In this document: positions 24,516 to 31,085 of the stretch, piece by piece
How positions within the stretch are numbered: position 1 is the first letter of the stretch
How the letters are laid out: each line of letters begins with the position of its first letter
Assembly: GCA_023231475.1 (NCBI GenBank)
Contig: JALJEE010000537.1
Span: forward strand, 62,001 to 93,085
Reading direction: 5' to 3'
Length of the DNA: 31,085 bases
DNA from: Seison nebaliae
Taxonomy: Eukaryota
Notes under the pieces: generated by a model
Seen by the model: only the letters and a program-made list of their open reading frames with translations
The model's database searches: none
Told to the model about the DNA's origin: nothing
Made by a program: the position numbers and the translations under genes

Positions 24516-24628
24516 TAACGGTCACACCGCCAAATCTTATAAGATAACGGTTTTTTCAAGAATAAAAAATGATTAAAGATTTTATTCGTTAAAATATTCT
24601 CGAGAATAATATTGATATTAAACCGTTG
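24516..24628. promoter_or_regulatory. Cluster of three MYB-type YAACGG motifs just upstream of the 24638 ATG
   Basis: TAACGG at 24516-24521 and 24545-24550, and CCGTTG (reverse complement CAACGG) at 24623-24628, in a short, very AT-rich intergenic gap. Confidence 0.35.
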
Positions 24629-24637
24629 GATTTAAAT

Positions 24638-27600
24638 ATGAAATCTAATGTATCAGGTTTCTCTTACATTCTTTCATGATCTTGTTCACTTTAAATTGAC
24701 AGACACTGAAGACGAAAATACTTATGTTATCGATGAAGAAGAAACTGTAGGTAAAAAAAGTAGGGAGACTTTCAGATCGTCGAACGGAAAACAAAGTACG
24801 AGAAATGAAAAAATGATTAGTAGATCGACACGGAGTAGCAATCGTGGCGTTGAGAAAGATGAAAATCGAACTCCAAGTAGTTCAACTATGAACTCATCGA
24901 TCAAAGAATCAATTTCCGAAAATGGAATGAGTGAACGACGTACCACAGGGAGTCAAATGACCTCGCATAATTCCAGTACAGTCCCAACATTTGTTAACGA
25001 GTCTTCAGAAGGAGGTAGTAATTCTACGTGGACACAAAATGTTGGATCCGTTAGTCCCAGTATTATTCCTGGAAGCGATTCGCCTTTATCAACGGCTCAA
25101 GGGAGTCGAACAACGATTGAAGAGAGTGTTGATTTGCGACCTAGCGAGTTAAGTATGACATCTACAAATATCGGAAGTTCTTCTGACGATGGAACGAAAC
25201 AATCACGGACTACTTTTATATCTGAACAACCGCGTAATTTAGAGTTAGATGAGTATTAACATTTTAATAATTTTAATAAATTTGATAATAGGAGAAAGAT
25301 ATCTAAAGCTACCGACTTCTCCTTGTCAAGAGTTTATGGTTACGATAAATTGATACCAAAAGGATTTGCGTTAAAGACTTTCTCTGATCAAAAGAAGTTT
25401 CTAAACAAAGATGGGAAGAAGCATAAGAAAAAAAATTTAGATTCATTCGATCTAAACAATTCCAAAGAAGAACAAACTTGTTAAATTAAACTTTTAAATT
25501 AATCTTAATTATAATCTATTTAAGTTTCGAAACAACCGGAATTAGGTGGAAGAGAAAGTCAGAGTGTGAGTACTACTTCTCGTTTTAGTACTCCTAGTAC
25601 TTCTCGTTTTAGTACTGGTAGTACTTCTCGTTTTAGTACTGGCAGTAATTCTCGTTTTAGTGCTGGTAGTACTTCTCGTTTTAGTACTCCTAGTACTTCT
25701 CGTCTTAATACTGGTAGTGCTTCTCGTATTAGTACTGGTAGTACGTCTCGTTTTAGTACTGGTAGTAATTATTTAACGTCGAATAAAATGCAAACAGGTT
25801 TATCTTAAGCTTAGAAGTTTGGGAAGATGACGATTCATAATTGAAGGTTTTCTTGATGCTTCTCAGAGACCCACGAGATACTATGGATCGAAGAATATGA
25901 AGAATTCAAATTTAGATAAAAATATGATACCGAACCGAGACAATTATTCAACTTTATCCGATTCAGAAAGTTCTACACAGGAATTTGGAGTAAGGACCAC
26001 CGATAGTAAACATAAAATGAATCAGCGTACTGATTCAATGTCGAAAGAATTCGATTATCATAATATAGATCAAGAAAGCATTGTGCCAACAGTAGATATA
26101 CCTAGATCAACTCATGGTAGTAACATAAGTTTAGAACAAGATGTCGATCGACGTCGTAGCGATGTAAGTATGACGACGTCAAAACCGAGATCGATCTCAA
26201 CAAGAAAAAATAAGAAAGGTAAATCTACTTACAGTCATGGGAAAAGATATGATCCTGATTTAGTTCCGCCATTCTTTGATGTTACATCGACAAAACGAAG
26301 TGAATTAACACAAAGTACAGATTGGAAATCGAATGATCCTAGTATTCTGCATGACAATGGTATGTACCGATCTAATCGTGGTAGCGATATTAATTTAGGA
26401 TATAATGTAGATTCACAACCTTGGGATTCCAAAACGATCCGTCCAAACATTCATCAATCAACATTATCAAAAGCAAAAGATCAAGAAAAGAAGAGATATA
26501 GTCATGGTAAATCATATGATCCAACTCTAGTTCCTCCATTCTTTGAAGTTTCGTCTCAAAAAAGTAGCATTTCAACTTCGAATAGAGGAAAAAGTTTGAG
26601 GTCGATGGTTCCCAGCATTATCCCTGTTAGTAGTATGACTCGATCAGCTCGTGGTAGCCGTAACGACCTTGGACAAGATATCGATTGGAAACCTAGTGAG
26701 GCAAGTATGATTCCTACTGAAAATGAATTAATCCCCAAGGACGACATAAGTCAACGAAAAAATACTTCTAGTCATGGTCAGTCGGAAGATCCCAATAGGG
26801 TCCTAAAATTTAGAAGACATTCATCTATAAAAGATAACCATTCAACTTTAGAACAAGATCAAGATTGGAGGTCGATTAATCCCAGTATGATCCCTGATGG
26901 TGGTAGTAACATATCGGTTCAACAAAATGTCGATTGGCGTCCTAGTGACGGAAGTATGATTCCTACAGAGGATGAAATTCCCCCCGAACACCACAAACGC
27001 CAACGAAAAAGTAATACTAGTCGAGGTAAATCCGAAGATCGTAATTCGGTCCCAAAATTCAGGAGGCATCAATCTATAAAAGACAGCCATTCCACTTCAG
27101 AACAAGATCAAGATTGGAGGTCTGTTGATCCTAGTATCATTCCCGATGGAAGTATGCTCAGATCTGCACGTGGTAGTAACATATCAGTTCAACAAAATGT
27201 CGATTTGCGTCCTAGTGACGTAAGCATGATCCATACGGAGAACCAATTTATCTCCGAAGATCAAGGAAAAAGTTCTTCCAGTAGGGGTAAATCCGAAAAC
27301 TCTAAAGCGGTCCTAAAATTTCAAAAATTTTCATCTGAAAAAGGTAGTCGTTCCACTTTAGAACAAGATCAAGATTGGAGGTCTGTTGATCCCAGTATCA
27401 TCCCTAATGGTGGTATGCTCAGATCTACTCGTGGTAGTAACATATCAGTTAAACAAAATGTCGATTGGCGTCCTAGTGACGGGAGTATGATCCCTACAGA
27501 AAAAGAATTTACTCCCGAACACGACAAACGTCAACCAAGAAATACTTATATTCGCGGCCAATCCGAAGATCCTAAAGCGGTCGTAAAATTTCAAAGATTT

Positions 27601-30600
27601 TCTTCTGTAAAAGGTAGTCATTCCAATTTAGAACAAGATCAAGATTGGAGGTCGATTAATCCCAGTATGATCCCTGATGGTGGTAGTAACATATCGGTTC
27701 AACAAAATGTCGATTGGCGTCCTAGTGATGGAAGTATGATCCCTAGAGAGGATGAATTTACCCCCGAACACCACAAACGTCAACGAAAAAGTAATACTAG
27801 TCGCGGCCAATCCGAAGATCCTAAAGCGGTCCTAAAATTTCAAAGATTTTCTTCCGAAAAAGGCAGTCATTCCACTTTAGAACAAGATCAAGATTGGAGG
27901 TCGATTAATCCCAGTATCATCCCTGATGATGGTAGTAATATATCGGAACAAAATGTCGATTGGCGTCCTAGTGATGGAAGTATGATTCCTACAGAGGATG
28001 AAATTCCCCCCGAACACCACAAAACTCAACGAAAAAGTACTTCTAGTCGACGTAAATCGAAAGATCCGAATAACGTCTCAAAATCCAAGAAACACTCATC
28101 TAAAAAAGATAGTCATTCCACTTCAGAACAAGATCAAGATTGGAGGTCTGTTGATCCCAGTATCATCCCTGATGGTGGTATGTTCAAATCTACTGGTGGT
28201 AGTAACATACCTGATTGGCGTCTTACTGATGCAAGCATGATACCAACAATTGATCTGAAGTCGGAAGAAAGAGAACAAGATAAGTTTAGGAACCGTTCGT
28301 CAAAAAACGGCAGTGTTTCGACTTTTCAACAAAATCAAGATTGGAGGTCTATTGATCCCAGTATCATCCCTGATGGTGGTATGCTCAAATCTACTGGTGA
28401 TAGTAACATACCTGATTGGCGTCTTACTGATGCAAGCATGATACCAACAATTGATCTGAAGTCGGAAGAAAGAGAAAAAGATAAGTTTAGGAACCGTTCG
28501 TCAAAAAACGGCAGTGTTTCGACTTTTCAACAAAATCAAGATTGGAGGTCTATTGATCCCAGCATTCTTCCTGATGGTGGTATATTTAAATCTACTCGTG
28601 GTAGCAACGTCACTCTACGGGATAATGCTGAGTGGCGTTCTAGTGATGGTAGCTTTATTCCTCCAATTACGGACTCCAATTCATCTAAAAATATTCCAAA
28701 ATTTTCAGATAAAAAAACCTTAAGCTTAAAAGAACGTAAAGACGTTTCAGTTTTAATGCGTCGTTCCAGTTTAGCATATGCTGGGAAAATTGCCCAAAAA
28801 AGCAAAACCGAAAGTATTCTCCCAGAGAGTGTAACGCATAATCGAAGATTGTTAGGTTTTACTCAGAAATCAAACGAATCCGACAAGGACACAAAAGAAT
28901 TATCAGATGAAGAAGCAGCGAAATCGAAAAGAAGTTCTTTTAGAAAGTCAAATGTCTCCGAAATGAATCCGATGTTCATTCAGCATTCTGGTAAAAATTA
29001 CGATATTAATTCCGGTAATATTATCGACGAATCATCTCTTAGTGAATATCGACGGATATCAATCGACCAATCCCAAGAAGACTTAACCGAACACACTTTT
29101 AATAAATCCTTAATGAATAGTGAAGATAATTCATCAGTGAATAAAAAAGTTCTGATGTTATCAAGAGACGATAGTTCTTATACAGATACCGAAACTTTAA
29201 AGAACAACGAAATAAAAGAGAAACCAAAAACCTTAAAAAAACTTCATATCTCGCAACAAATCAATCAAGTTTCTACGACAGTTATTTCATTTATATTTTT
29301 TATATAATTGAAATTTAAATTTCGTAGGATGATTCGTCTAGTTTCACAAGTGGAAATAAAAGAAAAAAGAAAAGTTCGAAATTATCACATGAGACCATGG
29401 CGGCAGAGAAGGTGGAGGCCGTCTATAAAACGGACAAATTGAAATATGATCATTTGCTTCATTTAGTCGAGTCAGATATTGAGAAAGAGATTCAACAAGG
29501 TTATAACTGTGAGAAAGTTGAAGAATGCATGAAAAGTACAAGTCAATGGAATCGAATGGAATATGTTGAATATCCAAGTTTTTTCCATTAAATTTCATTT
29601 TATTTCTCAATTTATGTGGTTGAAGCAAAATTTGTCAGAATACCTGAAGAAAAATTCCAAAAAATGCTTCGGGCAAAAGCTTATGGTTATAGAGCCGGTG
29701 GACAAACACCATTGAAATGGGGAGACTTTTGTAAATGTTTTCCGTATTGTCCTGCAATTGATTCGTCATTTTCGATGACAATTCGCCGATCGGTAGATAA
29801 TTTCATTCTAGTAATGATGTCTTTCCTATTTATTCTGTGTTTTATGGAAATGATGATCCATGCCAATAATCATTCGAACACTTTTCGCTCACTAGTCTCC
29901 TCTTGGCTCGTCTATCGATATGATACTGTTCTCATTTTTCATTCAACTATCATATTCTCCATTATCGTTGGATCTGCATATTTTATCGATAAGTTAATTG
30001 TTAAGTTGTCATTAAAAAATATTCAAATTCATTTCACAGAATTGAAAGGGAATATAGAATTAATGGAAAGTTTAATATAATGGGTGTCATGGGTTTAACT
30101 GAATTATTCATCATTTTAGTTTTTACATGTGTCCTCTTTAAACTCGACAATGTCATTGGGACTCTCGGAAGAGTTACGATTTAATCATAAAAAACTTCAA
30201 AATTTTTCCTATGTTGCAGGAAATAGCGAAACATGATTTCAATAAACCAAAAAAATTATTCAATAAAGAATCAACTGAAACATTCCATCGCCAACCACTT
30301 TATAGATTAGTTGGATAAATTTTTTATATAAAATTTACCTAATAACGGTCTATTTTAGTTCAAATCAACAGGGAGCGATGCAATTACCGTTTTGTCTGAT
30401 CTCTGGACTTCGAACGCGAATGGTCTTTATAAAAATGCCAAGAAACAGTTATGGGACGATTTTCATACTAAAATGGTTTTCTTTTGATCTTAAAATAATT
30501 TTGAGCATCAATTATTTTTAGTTGCCGTCATTACTGAGCCGATGGAATGTTTACTTAACGCTTTATATCGTTCGCTGGGTATTTACCTTCCCAATATTCC

Positions 30601-30719
30601 TAGTTGCATTATCTGACATATACATGGCAAAAGAACAATATGACTTTGAAGAAGATTCAACGCCGACTAATGAAGAAAAGAAAAGTATTAAAACACAACG
30701 AAAAGTATCAGATGTGTAA
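24638..30719 (+). CDS. Uncharacterised ~1872-aa protein: Ser/Arg-rich tandem-repeat N-terminal region plus C-terminal four-TM domain, 11 exons
   Basis: Exons 24638-24656, 24703-25252, 25292-25479, 25525-25797, 25847-29280, 29328-29577, 29626-29992, 30040-30172, 30220-30309, 30359-30475, 30522-30719 total 5619 nt. All introns are GT-AG, 39-49 nt and phase-consistent, and they join six separate ORF-track ORFs. Hydrophobic segments: FILVMMSFLFILCFMEMMI, VLIFHSTIIFSIIVGSAYFI, IMGVMGLTELFIILVFTCVLF, VYLTLYIVRWVFTFPIFLVAL. Confidence 0.8.
25575..25766 (+). repeat. 24-nt coding tandem repeat x8 (TSRFSTGS)
   Basis: Unit acttctcgttttagtactggtagt with few substitutions, located in exon 4. Confidence 0.92.
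26850..28670 (+). repeat. Large coding tandem repeat, 8 well-conserved units of 201-270 nt
   Basis: The gattggagg (DWR) anchor occurs at about 26863, 27112, 27373, 27643, 27892, 28138, 28339 and 28540 (spacings 249, 261, 270, 249, 246, 201, 201; all multiples of 3). Unit consensus: QDQDWRSxxPSxIPDG..GSNISVQQNVDWRPSDGSMIPTE. Confidence 0.92.
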
Positions 30720-30779
30720 AGAAAACTTTTAATTTATAAATTATTGATTATTAATTATTTATTATATGATAAAATATTC

Positions 30780-31085
30780 CTATTCGAATATATTTTTTAT
30801 TTATTTTTATTTTATTATAAAATCAAATCCCCTCGGGGTAAATTAAAAAGAAAATGAGATAGATTACTGTACATGTTATCAGTGATAAGTTTTCTTCCAA
30901 TGACGATTTCATCTCTTAAATATTCTGGAATATAAGAAGTGATATCGAAGTTAGAAGAAATGTAAAGAGCTTCATCGAAAGATTCAGGAACATCAATCGA
31001 ATAATAAGAACAAAAGAAGATAACCGGATTGAAAAAAGTTTTACACTGGAGAAAAGATGGAAATAATAAATCAGATTCCTCGATA
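30780..31085 (-). mobile_element. 3' end of a second, related non-LTR retrotransposon ORF with an A-rich tail; runs off the window edge
   Basis: The frame 31084-30815 is open (IEESDLLFPSFLQCKTFFNPVIFFCSYYSIDVPESF...SYIPEYLRDEIVIGRKLITDNMYSNLSHFLFNLPRGDLIL*). It aligns without gaps to the last 89 aa of ORF 4268-4663 (30/89 identical by hand). The stop is followed by taataaaataaaaataaataaaaaaa. Confidence 0.7.

Noticed and set aside
25575..28670. Repeat arrays as possible CRISPR-like repeat-spacer structure
   Set aside because: Eukaryotic, in-frame coding repeats whose intervening segments are homologous to each other; no unique spacers or cas genes.
19145..28805. Many short antisense or alternate-frame ORFs inside the protocadherin and repeat genes
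   Set aside because: Shadow ORFs arising from the codon bias and repeats of the real CDS.

Overview
AT-rich eukaryotic DNA from an animal (it encodes a protocadherin), with a compact gene layout and very short introns (39-57 nt). Reading exons by hand gives, in order: the last exon of an unknown gene (47-1246); a complete 7-exon HUS1 checkpoint clamp gene (1602-2731) whose coding end overlaps a convergent 2-exon orphan gene (3382-2683, minus); a decayed non-LTR retrotransposon 3' fragment (~4050-4680); a possible Gag relic; ~13 kb of mostly non-coding DNA; a 6-EC protocadherin with a single-exon ectodomain (19056-24365); an 11-exon, ~1872-aa protein with a long Ser/Arg-rich repeat region and a C-terminal 4-TM domain (24638-30719); and the 3' end of a second, related LINE at the right edge (minus). 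The points most worth checking are that 16 of 18 inferred introns have GTT donors, the HUS1/orphan antisense CDS overlap, the giant repeat-plus-4TM protein, and the C-terminal domain shared by the two LINE copies. All gene models are manual and unverified by transcript data or database search.
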